Shown: in pieces, positions 1-8,496 of the stretch
Position numbering within the stretch: the first letter of the stretch is position 1
Layout: each line of letters begins with the position of its first letter
From: Bacteroidetes bacterium CG12_big_fil_rev_8_21_14_0_65_60_17
Lineage (GTDB): Bacteria; Bacteroidota; Rhodothermia; Rhodothermales; UBA10348
NCBI GenBank assembly: GCA_002787815.1
Contig: PCUY01000057.1
Coordinates: 69,930 to 133,929, forward strand
DNA: 64,000 nucleotides
Direction: 5' to 3'
The notes under the pieces: model-generated
Database searches by the model: none
What the model was told of the DNA's origin: nothing
What the model saw: the letters and a program-made list of their open reading frames with translations, nothing else
Translations under genes and position numbers: made by a program

Positions 1-992
1 CGGATACGCAGAAGTTCAAGGTCCTTGATGTTGATACCCGACTCGAAAAGCGTGCCGGTAACGGTTACCAGGGCTCCCGGTCGGTCATCAACAGAAACGA
101 ATACGTCGGAAAGGGGCGCCAGGAACCCTTTCCGGGCCTGTGGTACGCGGCTTCTTGTATTCCGGGCAGATTGAAAATAGTATTCAAGATCTTCGGTCTC
201 GCCTCCGGCCAGGTGTTCTTCCATCTCCAGGAGCACCTTCTTGAATGTACGGAGCGCCCGGCGAGCCTCCTCCGCATTCAGGTCGAATATATCCTTCCAC
301 ATGGCGAACGGTGAGCTGGCAATCCGGGTCATATCCCGAAAGCCTCCTGCTGCAAGCTCCAGGGCTGCATCGCGCTTGCCTTCGTATGTCCCGATCGTAT
401 GCATGAGTGCTACGGCCAGTAGCTGGGGCAGGTGACTCACATGGGCAGCGATGGAGTCGTGCACGTCAGCTCCGAGTTCCAGGATACGGGCTCCCGTAGC
501 CTCGATCATGGTGCGCACGGCAGAGAACCGATCCTCCGTGATGGATCCGTCCATGGGCGTGACGACCCACGTGGCGTTCTCAAACAGCAGGGGATCGGCA
601 TACCGGGCTCCCGTGTGCTCTGATCCGGCCATGGGGTGAGAGCCAACGAAGTGCACACCGTGCGGGAGAAACCGTGTCGCCGCATCCATCATGGGACCCT
701 TGACAGAGGCTACATCCACGAGCGTGGTGCCAGGATCGAGAAGGGGAGCCAGTTGCCCAACAAGCTTCACGCACGTACGCAGAGGCGTCGCGAGGACGAC
801 AATGTCGGCGCCGGAGACGGCTTCTTCCATGCTCGATGCGGCCGATGTGAGGGCGCCACGTTCGACCGCTTCCCGGAGTGCGCCGGGGCGGTCGAATCCG
901 ATCACATACGGCGCGTCTTTCCCTGACCGGAGGGCCAGTGCGAGGGAACTTCCTATGAGTCCCGTACCGATAATGGCAATGCGTGGGGGCAT
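1..992 (-). CDS. tyrA: prephenate dehydrogenase with C-terminal ACT-like domain (partial; 3' end runs off the left edge of the window)
   Basis: Absent from the ORF track because the frame has no stop inside the window. My own translation of the minus strand from ATG (cat at 990-992) gives MPPRIAIIGTGLIGSSLALAL (Rossmann GxGxxG), then LPHGVHFVGSHPMAGSEHTGARY (prephenate DH-type HPMAG motif). The frame stays open to nt 1 through VSVDDRPGALVTVTGTLFESGINIKDLELL (ACT-like). Confidence 0.8.
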   Translation of the reverse strand, partial: MPPRIAIIGTGLIGSSLALALRSGKDAPYVIGFDRPGALREAVERGALTSAASSMEEAVSGADIVVLATPLRTCVKLVGQLAPLLDPGTTLVDVASVKGPMMDAATRFLPHGVHFVGSHPMAGSEHTGARYADPLLFENATWVVTPMDGSITEDRFSAVRTMIEATGARILELGADVHDSIAAHVSHLPQLLAVALMHTIGTYEGKRDAALELAAGGFRDMTRIASSPFAMWKDIFDLNAEEARRALRTFKKVLLEMEEHLAGGETEDLEYYFQSARNTRSRVPQARKGFLAPLSDVFVSVDDRPGALVTVTGTLFESGINIKDLELLRI

Positions 993-1144
993 CGGCCTGC
1001 TGTCGAGGATTGGTTCGGTGGGTGGATTCTTCCGGTATGGCGGCAAGGTACACACGGCCCATGGAAATCACGTAAAGCTGGTGGCTCAATCCGGGATACG
1101 TTGTATCTTTTCATGAATCTCCACATCCGTACCGAGTACAATCC

Positions 1145-2353
1145 ATGCCCCAGCCCCCGTTCTCCATCGATGATGCTTTCCACTTTGAATCCATGCTCGG
1201 TGAAGAGGAGCGTCTGATCATGGAAACCGCGCGGGAATACGCGCAGACACGACTTGAGCCACGTGCGCTCGAAGGCAACCAGGAAGGGGTGTTTCACGAT
1301 GAGATTCCCTCGGAGCTGGGTGAACTCGGGCTGCTCGGATCCACAATTCCCGAAAGTTACGGGGGCGTCGGGGCCAGCTATACAGCCTATGGTCTGATTG
1401 CCCGGGAGTTGGAGCGCGTCGACTCCGGATACAGGTCGTTTGCCAGCGTCCAGTCGTCGCTTGTCATGCATCCGATCCATGTCTTCGGGACGGAGGATAT
1501 GCGCAAAAACTACCTGCCCAGGCTGGCATCGGCCGAACTGATCGGGTGTTTCGGCCTGACAGAGCCGGATCACGGTTCGGATCCGGGATCGATGGTCACC
1601 AATGCGGTCCGCGGAGATGGCGGATGGATACTGAATGGTGCGAAAATGTGGATTACGAATTCGCCCGTGGCGGATGTGGCCCTCGTGTGGGCGAAGGCAC
1701 ATGAAGCACCGGGAAAAAAACCCGTGATTCGGGGTTTTCTTGTGGATGCGACGGCCGAGGGATATTCGGCCCCGGTGACCCACAACAAAATGTCACTGAG
1801 AGCGTCGCATACCGGGGAAATCGTGCTGGAGGATGTTTTCGTGCCCGATGACATGATGTTTCCGGATGTCACGGGGCTGAAAGGTCCTTTTTCGTGTCTC
1901 AACAACGCCCGATACGGGATTGTATGGGGCGTAGTGGGCGCTGCCGAAAACTGTTACCAACGCGCCCGGCAGTATGTCATGGAGCGCAAGCAGTTCGGGT
2001 ATCCACTCGGTGCCAATCAGCTGGTGCAGACAAAATTGGCCAACATGCTGACCGAAATTACGCAGATGCAGCTTCTTGCATGGCGCCTCGGGCAGCTCAA
2101 GGATGACGGCCGGGCGGCGCCAGCCATGATTTCGCTGGCCAAGCGGAACAACTGTGGCAAAGCGCTCGAAATTGCCCGTACTGCACGGGATATGCTGGGT
2201 GGAAATGGTATTACGGGTGAATACCGGGTCATTCACCACATGGTGAACCTGGAAAGCGTCAATACCTACGAGGGAACGTATGACATCCATGGCCTGATCC
2301 TGGGGCGCGAAATCACCGGAATCCAGAGTTTCACTCCGAAGGGGAACGACTGA
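1145..2353 (+). CDS. gcdH: glutaryl-CoA dehydrogenase (acyl-CoA dehydrogenase family)
   Basis: 402-aa ORF. Long stretches match GCDH as I remember it: [76 protein letters not shown]. Confidence 0.85.
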   Translation: MPQPPFSIDDAFHFESMLGEEERLIMETAREYAQTRLEPRALEGNQEGVFHDEIPSELGELGLLGSTIPESYGGVGASYTAYGLIARELERVDSGYRSFASVQSSLVMHPIHVFGTEDMRKNYLPRLASAELIGCFGLTEPDHGSDPGSMVTNAVRGDGGWILNGAKMWITNSPVADVALVWAKAHEAPGKKPVIRGFLVDATAEGYSAPVTHNKMSLRASHTGEIVLEDVFVPDDMMFPDVTGLKGPFSCLNNARYGIVWGVVGAAENCYQRARQYVMERKQFGYPLGANQLVQTKLANMLTEITQMQLLAWRLGQLKDDGRAAPAMISLAKRNNCGKALEIARTARDMLGGNGITGEYRVIHHMVNLESVNTYEGTYDIHGLILGREITGIQSFTPKGND

Positions 2354-4293
2354 TGGGGTCGATGCCTTCTGAGATGCTGTCTGCCCGGGAACGCATTCCT
2401 GTTTCTGTCCATGAGGAGCCACATGACGTATCGCGGGCTGTAGCCCGGGAAATAGCCGATCTCATCCGGCAGCGGGAAGGGGATGGACTGCAGTGTGTCC
2501 TGGGACTTGCTACAGGCTCCACTCCGACCGGTGTATATGCAGAGTTGGTGCGTATGCACCAGCAGGAAGGACTCTCGTTCAGGAATGTCGTCACGTTCAA
2601 CCTGGACGAGTACTATCCCATGGACGCCGATGCGGAGCAGAGCTATCGCCGGTTCATGGACGACCATCTGTTCGATCACGTTGATATTCCGGCCGGGCAG
2701 ATACACATGCCCGATGGTACGCTTCCGCTGGAAGAGGTTTCGGCCCACTGTGCGGCATATGAGAAGGCCATCCAAGAGGCCGGAGGACTTGATCTTCAGC
2801 TCCTCGGGATTGGCCGGACGGGGCATATCGGTTTCAATGAACCGGGGTCCGGGCGGCACAGTGTGACGCGACTGATCACACTGGACAATGTGACACGTAC
2901 GGACGCTGCAGGCGACTTCTTCGGAAAGCACAATGTCCCAAGGAGAGCCATAACCATGGGTGTGGCCACCATCCTGGGTGCACGTCGTGTGGTGCTGATG
3001 GCGTTGGGTGAGGGCAAGGCCCCCATTGTGGTGCAGGCCGTGGAAGGAGATGTCAATGACGTGATTGCAGCGTCCTTCCTGCAGGAGCATGACAATGCAG
3101 AGGTGATCCTGGATCGCGCGGCGGCCGATAGACTTACCCGGTACACAAGCCCGTGGGTGCTTGGCTCCGTCGCGTGGGATGAGAGGGTTATCAGGAAGGC
3201 GGTCATATGGTTGGCTCAACGCGTGGACAAGCCCATTCTCAAGCTGACCGATGAGGACTACAATGAAAATCATCTCCAGGATCTACTGGCTGAATACGGT
3301 TCAGCGTATGAGATCAACCTGCGTGTTTTCCACGATCTGAACGGGACCATTACCGGCTGGCCGGGTGGAAAACCCGCGCATTTGAAACTGCCGGGTGACC
3401 GGAAGTGGCCCAGGGATGAAATCCACCCGAAACGGATCCTTGTTTTCTCACCGCACCCTGACGATGACGTCATATCGATGGGCGGTTGTCTCATGCGCCT
3501 GGCCGAGCAGGGCCACGAAGTCCATGTAGCCTACCAGGTGTCGGGATCACTTGCGGTTTTTGACGAGGACGCCGAGCGCTTCCTGGAGTTCGCATCTTCG
3601 TACAATGAACTGTTCGGGATATCACCGGATGTATCGGGTGAGATTCAGGACCGCATTGCCGGGTTCATGGCCGAAAAGAGACCAGGCCAAGAGGACAGTG
3701 ATGACCTGCAGTTGATCAAACGGGAAATCCGGCGCGGGGAGGCCCGGGCGGCCGGCCGGCACTGCGGGATTCCCGTGGATCGGCTGCATTTCCAGGATCT
3801 TCCCTTCTACGATACAGGGACAGTACGCAAAAAACCCCTTTCGGAAGAAGACATCTTGCTGACTGTGGAACTGCTCGACCGGATCAAGCCGCACATGATA
3901 TTTGCCGCCGGAGACCTTTCCGATCCCCACGGTACACACCGGGTGTGTCTGACAGCCATATTTGAGGCATTTGGGCGTCTGGCGGACCATGATTGGTACC
4001 AGGAATGCGTTGTGTGGTTGTACAGGGGTGCCTGGCAGGAATGGGAGCCCGAGCGCATTGATATGTCGGTTCCCCTCAGCCCGGGTGAGTTGGAGCGCAA
4101 GCGGATGGCTATTTTCAAGCACGAATCCCAGAAGGACAAGGCCATGTTCCCCGGATCCGACGCACGTGAGTTCTGGGAACGGGCGGAAGACAGGAATAGG
4201 GCAACGGCACGACTGTTTGACAAGTTGGGACTTGCCGAGTATGAAGCCGTAGAGGCATTCGTACGGTGGCGCGGAACGACGACTTCGCTGTAG
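2353..4293 (+). CDS. nagB: glucosamine-6-phosphate deaminase fused to a LmbE/PIG-L-type N-acetylglucosaminyl deacetylase domain
   Basis: 646-aa ORF. N-terminal half has LGLATGSTPTGVY, FNLDEYYPM and LLGIGRTGHIGFNEPGS (NagB motifs). C-terminal half has ILVFSPHPDDDVISMGG (PIG-L/LmbE PHPDD motif). The start overlaps the gcdH stop (ATGA-type junction at 2353). Confidence 0.85.
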   Translation: MGSMPSEMLSARERIPVSVHEEPHDVSRAVAREIADLIRQREGDGLQCVLGLATGSTPTGVYAELVRMHQQEGLSFRNVVTFNLDEYYPMDADAEQSYRRFMDDHLFDHVDIPAGQIHMPDGTLPLEEVSAHCAAYEKAIQEAGGLDLQLLGIGRTGHIGFNEPGSGRHSVTRLITLDNVTRTDAAGDFFGKHNVPRRAITMGVATILGARRVVLMALGEGKAPIVVQAVEGDVNDVIAASFLQEHDNAEVILDRAAADRLTRYTSPWVLGSVAWDERVIRKAVIWLAQRVDKPILKLTDEDYNENHLQDLLAEYGSAYEINLRVFHDLNGTITGWPGGKPAHLKLPGDRKWPRDEIHPKRILVFSPHPDDDVISMGGCLMRLAEQGHEVHVAYQVSGSLAVFDEDAERFLEFASSYNELFGISPDVSGEIQDRIAGFMAEKRPGQEDSDDLQLIKREIRRGEARAAGRHCGIPVDRLHFQDLPFYDTGTVRKKPLSEEDILLTVELLDRIKPHMIFAAGDLSDPHGTHRVCLTAIFEAFGRLADHDWYQECVVWLYRGAWQEWEPERIDMSVPLSPGELERKRMAIFKHESQKDKAMFPGSDAREFWERAEDRNRATARLFDKLGLAEYEAVEAFVRWRGTTTSL

Positions 4294-4347
4294 CAGCAAC
4301 CTTTGGAAGACGGTATTCGTACCTTTTGAAAAAGCCGACCCAAAAGC

Positions 4348-4668
4348 ATGATTGTTCCCATTGCCATTATTGGAATTGTTTTCGGATCTGCGCTTATGCT
4401 TACGAAAATGATCATGGACTACAAGCGCGACATGTCCAGCAGCGCACTGCCTGCGGAAAAATCCCTGAGCACGAGTGAGCTTCGGGACATGATCAAGGAT
4501 GCCGTTGACTCGGCTACGGCGCAGCTGACAGAGCGCATCGAACACCTCGAAGAGAATGCCACAGGGAGTCCGCGTGCGCTTACATCGGGTAGCGAGGAGC
4601 ACGAGGCCGTGGAATTGCCGCAGGGCGACGCATCCCGCGAAACGACTGCCCGGCGAAAGGCGCGGTGA
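4348..4668 (+). CDS. small single-pass membrane protein, unknown function (PspB-like layout: N-terminal TM helix plus a charged helical tail)
   Basis: 106-aa ORF. The N-terminal hydrophobic helix is MIVPIAIIGIVFGSALMLTKMI, followed by an acidic/helical tail (TSELRDMIKDAVDSATAQLTERIEHLEE). The stop overlaps the GTG start of rsgA (GTGA). No family recognised with certainty. Confidence 0.5.
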   Translation: MIVPIAIIGIVFGSALMLTKMIMDYKRDMSSSALPAEKSLSTSELRDMIKDAVDSATAQLTERIEHLEENATGSPRALTSGSEEHEAVELPQGDASRETTARRKAR

Positions 4669-5627
4669 GAGGGCTCGTTATCCGCTCAACGGGCAGCAGG
4701 TATGAGGTGCAAACGGAACAGGGCGTCATGTCCTGCACGTTACCGGGCCGATTCAGGCAGCAGGTGGCGGTGGCCACCAACCCGGTGGTAATAGGGGATA
4801 TTGTCCATATTGAGCCGGGAGATGAGGAAGGGACGGGGCGGGTCATGGAGATCACGCCCCGGAGGAACAAGTTGTCCCGACGTGCTGCCGGGCGGCGGGT
4901 TGGCGTGGAGCACGTCATCATGGCCAATATCGACGTGGCGTGGATTGTGCAGAGCGTACAGAAGCCCAAGTTCAATGGTGGATTGGTAGACAGATTCCTT
5001 GTCATGGCATCGGTCTATGACATTCCGGCGGGAATAGTCATCAACAAGGCCGACCTGATGGATGAGGACTCGGCAGACGCCATGGATTTCTGGGCCGGTT
5101 TGTACAGGCATCTCGGTTATCCGGTTGTATTCACACGGGCCATGCTGCCAGATGGCGCCTCGGACCTTCGGAACGCGCTTTCCCAGGGGATGCATGTGCT
5201 GGTTGGTGCATCGGGCGTTGGCAAGTCATCCCTGGTGAACGCGCTGATCCCAGGTGCCGAGCAGCGCACCTCGCACGTATCGGAGCGTACGCGCAAGGGG
5301 CGTCATACGACGACGTTCGCGGAACTGATTCGGATCCCGGGGGGAGGATGGCTTGCCGATACGCCCGGGCTTCGCGAGTTCGGGCTCGTCGGCCTGGAAC
5401 CAGCGGAACTGGGACACCATTTTCCCGAGATTGCAGCTGTTCTTCCCGGTTGTCGCTTTCCGAACTGCACGCATGACCATGAGCCGGGATGCCGCGTGAA
5501 AGAGAGCGTACAGGAAATACTCGTCGGTTCGGACGTGGCTGAAGCGCGTATCAGCGCAGAGCGATATGAGAGCTACCTGAGTATGTTGGCGGCCATAAGA
5601 CTGGGCGACGCCGATACCGGACGGTAG
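4665..5627 (+). CDS. rsgA: ribosome small-subunit-dependent GTPase A
   Basis: 320 aa with a circularly permuted GTPase order: NKADL (G4) precedes GASGVGKSSLVNAL (G1) and DTPGLREF (G3). C-terminal zinc knuckle CRFPNCTHDHEPGC. Confidence 0.9.
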   Translation: MRGLVIRSTGSRYEVQTEQGVMSCTLPGRFRQQVAVATNPVVIGDIVHIEPGDEEGTGRVMEITPRRNKLSRRAAGRRVGVEHVIMANIDVAWIVQSVQKPKFNGGLVDRFLVMASVYDIPAGIVINKADLMDEDSADAMDFWAGLYRHLGYPVVFTRAMLPDGASDLRNALSQGMHVLVGASGVGKSSLVNALIPGAEQRTSHVSERTRKGRHTTTFAELIRIPGGGWLADTPGLREFGLVGLEPAELGHHFPEIAAVLPGCRFPNCTHDHEPGCRVKESVQEILVGSDVAEARISAERYESYLSMLAAIRLGDADTGR

Positions 5628-5657
5628 GGTCGCAATCCGACGCAGTGTGGGTGCGCC

Positions 5658-8306
5658 CTATTTTTTCGGTTTGGTTTTCTTTTTCGCGGCCACCTTTTTT
5701 GCTGCCGGCTTTTTTGCTGCCGGCTTTTTGGTGGTCGACTTTTTGACGGCTTTCTTCTTCGAAGATTTCCTGGTTTTGGCCTTGCTGTCGACGAGCGCAA
5801 CCGCTTCCTCAAGGCTGATGGATTCTACCGGGCGGTCCTTCGGAAGGGATGCATTGGTTCTTCCGTGCTTTACATACGGACCGTAGCGTCCCTCGAAGAT
5901 GTCCAGCGGATCGCCCGTTTCGGGATGGACACCGAGGCTTCGGAGAGGTTTGTTCTTGGCCTCTTTCCGGGCAATCAACTCCAGGGCACGATCGAAGTCA
6001 ACCGTCAGGACATCGTCATCCTTGGTCAGTGACGCAAACGTTCGGTTGTGCTGGACATACGGCCCATAGCGTCCAATATGTGCTTTTATGGTTGCACCTG
6101 TTTCCGGGTGCTGGCCGAGTTCCCGGGGCAACTCCAGAAGACGCTGAGCCGCACCGAGGTCGATCGCTGACGGATCCATGTTCCTTGGAACGGAAATGCG
6201 CTTGGGTTTGCCCTCCTGTTCGTCATCGCCCAGCTGCACATAATGGCCGTAGGGACCTTTTTTGACAAAAACCGGCATGTCCAGTTCGCTGTGTATGCCG
6301 AGCACTTCGTCACCCTTCTGCTTTTCATCTATGAAGTGCTGCAGGCTATCACGTGTCAAATCTCCGGGTGCAACATCGGGAGGAATGGAAGCTACCACGC
6401 GTTCACCATCGACCTCCTGTTCGACATATGGCCCATACTTGCCGACGCGAACCACAAAGGGGCTCCACTTTTCGAATTGTATGCCCGAGACTTCGCGTGC
6501 ATCGATACTGTCGAGTCCTTTTTCGACCATGGACTCAAGTCCGTTTTCACCGACATAGAGACTCGTCAGATACGGCACGGATTCCCGCTTTCCAGTGGCA
6601 ATATCATCCAGGATCTGTTCCATCTCAGCCGTGAAACCCGTATCGACATACGGCCCGAACTGCTGCTCGAGCAGATTGGTGGTAGCAAATGCCGTGAATG
6701 TCGGGACGAGTTGACTTCCATTCCGCTGGACGTATCCACGACGGACAATCGTATCTATGATCGATGCATATGTGGATGGCCTGCCGATACCCTCTTCCTC
6801 CAGCAGCTTGATCAGGCTGGCTTCCGTGAAGCGCGCCGGGGGACGCGTTTCATGTCCCTTGGCTTCCAGCTTTTCGACCGGCAGATCAACTCCTTTTGTC
6901 AGCGGCGGGAGGGGGGACTCCCTGTTTTCAAGCGCAGCCTCTGGATCGTCCGATCCTTCCACATACGCCCTGAAAAATCCCGGAAACACAACTTCCCTGC
7001 CACTGGCACGGAAGCGGGCGGTACCGCGCGACGTATTGGCCTCGAGGTGCACCGTCGTCTGCCGAATGACCGCCTCCGCCATCTGCGACGCGAGTGTACG
7101 TTTCCAGATCAGATCATAGACATCATGTTCCTGCCCTGAGAGGCCCAACTCCTGGGCTGTCTTCATGGCCGTACCGGCCGGGCGGATGGCCTCGTGGGCC
7201 TCCTGGGCGTTTCGGACCTTGTTGGCAAATTGCCGGGGAGCATCGGAAAGGTATTCTTTCCCGTAGCGTACCTCGACAGATCGTCTGCTGGCCTTGACCG
7301 CTTCCGAGGAAAGGGCCGTGGAGTCAGTTCGCATGTACGTGATGAGGCCGTTCTCGTACAGCTTCTGGGCAACCCGCATGGTGTCGCGTGCGGAGAGGCG
7401 CAGTTTGCGACTGGCCTCCTGCTGCAGGGATGATGTAATGAATGGGGCGTACGGGTTGCGCTTGCTCGTCCGCTCGTCAATGTTGACTACGTTCAGCGCG
7501 GTTCCCTGCAGCTCTTCCTGAATGCGCCTGGCAACATCTTCCTTCAGAATGACCACGTCTTTACCGTCAACGAGGTTGTCCGAAAGACGACCGGTGTTGT
7601 CGTCAAAATTACGACCGGTCGCGAGTGGAATATCTGCCAGGTGGGTCAGCGTACTTTCAAAGGAGGATGTCCCCGCCCTCAGCGTAGCCAGAAGGTCCCA
7701 GTAGGAGGCCGGTACGAACAGGATGCGCTCTTTCTCACGTACCACGAGCAGTCGCACGGCGACGCTCTGCACACGTCCGGCGCTCAGCTTGGGGGCAATT
7801 TTCTTCCACAGGAGTGGCGAGATACTGTATCCCACCAGGCGGTCGAGTACACGCCGGGTTTCCTGGGCATCGACCAGGTTCCTGTCCATGTCCCGCGTCT
7901 CTTCGAGAGCACCCAGGATGGCCTCTTTTGTGATCTCGTGAAACACCATGCGCCGCACGGGAATCTTTGGATTGAGCACCTCGAGCAGATGCCACCCGAT
8001 CGACTCTCCCTCGCGGTCTTCATCCGTCGCGATGAAGAGTTCGTCGGCCTGCTTCAGCGCGTCCTTGAGCATTTTGACGACTTTTTTCTTGTCCGACGGA
8101 ACGACATATATCGGCTCGAACTCCGAGCCGACATTCACGCCCAGTCGTGCCCACGATTCCTTCTTGTACATCTCGGGAATTTCAGATGCCGATCCAGGCA
8201 GGTCGCGGATATGTCCCATGCTGGCCTCGACCCGATATGAGTCTGGGAGGAATTTTCGGATGGTGCGGGCCTTGGTAGGCGACTCCACGACAACGAGTCG
8301 ATTCAT
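5658..8306 (-). CDS. topA: DNA topoisomerase I with a Lys/Ala/Pro-rich basic C-terminal tail
   Basis: 882 aa. TOPRIM N-terminus MNRLVVVESPTKARTIRKFL..GHIRDL. Active-site region ITYMRTDS. Repeated C-terminal GRYGPYV modules lack Cys. Tail is KKKAVKKSTTKKPAAKKPAAKKVAAKKKTKPKK. Confidence 0.95.
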   Translation of the reverse strand: MNRLVVVESPTKARTIRKFLPDSYRVEASMGHIRDLPGSASEIPEMYKKESWARLGVNVGSEFEPIYVVPSDKKKVVKMLKDALKQADELFIATDEDREGESIGWHLLEVLNPKIPVRRMVFHEITKEAILGALEETRDMDRNLVDAQETRRVLDRLVGYSISPLLWKKIAPKLSAGRVQSVAVRLLVVREKERILFVPASYWDLLATLRAGTSSFESTLTHLADIPLATGRNFDDNTGRLSDNLVDGKDVVILKEDVARRIQEELQGTALNVVNIDERTSKRNPYAPFITSSLQQEASRKLRLSARDTMRVAQKLYENGLITYMRTDSTALSSEAVKASRRSVEVRYGKEYLSDAPRQFANKVRNAQEAHEAIRPAGTAMKTAQELGLSGQEHDVYDLIWKRTLASQMAEAVIRQTTVHLEANTSRGTARFRASGREVVFPGFFRAYVEGSDDPEAALENRESPLPPLTKGVDLPVEKLEAKGHETRPPARFTEASLIKLLEEEGIGRPSTYASIIDTIVRRGYVQRNGSQLVPTFTAFATTNLLEQQFGPYVDTGFTAEMEQILDDIATGKRESVPYLTSLYVGENGLESMVEKGLDSIDAREVSGIQFEKWSPFVVRVGKYGPYVEQEVDGERVVASIPPDVAPGDLTRDSLQHFIDEKQKGDEVLGIHSELDMPVFVKKGPYGHYVQLGDDEQEGKPKRISVPRNMDPSAIDLGAAQRLLELPRELGQHPETGATIKAHIGRYGPYVQHNRTFASLTKDDDVLTVDFDRALELIARKEAKNKPLRSLGVHPETGDPLDIFEGRYGPYVKHGRTNASLPKDRPVESISLEEAVALVDSKAKTRKSSKKKAVKKSTTKKPAAKKPAAKKVAAKKKTKPKK
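5701..5730 (-). repeat. 15-bp tandem direct repeat (x2, one mismatch) inside the topA tail, encoding AAKKP-AAKKP
   Basis: Plus strand reads gctgccggctttttt / gctgccggctttttg at 5701-5715 and 5716-5730. Confidence 0.8.
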
Positions 8307-8496
8307 TCGTACGTACGGTAAAGAGATATGTCATTCATGAATGGGCACTCACACGCTGCCGGAGGGGATCTCGTTCCGCATGACTCTGGAAGGGCTTCCG
8401 GTGATTAATGATTTCTTGGCCGTCTCCGGCTTCAGGGGAGCGATGCCACGGTATATATTGTATGGATTGCATTTTTCCCATTTGACCGTAAACGAC

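Noticed and set aside
953-1783. 276-aa minus-strand ORF overlapping the tyrA start region and the first half of gcdH.
   Set aside because: It is antisense to an ORF with unmistakable glutaryl-CoA dehydrogenase motifs. The translation is Arg/Pro/Gly-rich with no recognisable motif, which is a typical shadow ORF of GC-rich coding DNA.
2266-4602. Long minus-strand ORFs (2266-3273, 335 aa; 3622-4602, 326 aa; 3807-4415, 202 aa) opposite the nagB fusion gene.
   Set aside because: The plus-strand frame carries complete NagB and LmbE motifs. The antisense translations are low-complexity and motif-free.
8341-8496. 52-codon N-terminal extension of ppdK given by the ORF track (MGTHTLPEG...); similar upstream extensions exist for eno (to 26231), lptD (to 23667), sucC (from 18669), dxr (from 46050), the DCC protein (from 30992) and the first small-subunit gene (to 63879).
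   Set aside because: In each case the conserved N-terminus or signal peptide begins at an internal ATG. The extension has no homology-like content or would bury the signal peptide.
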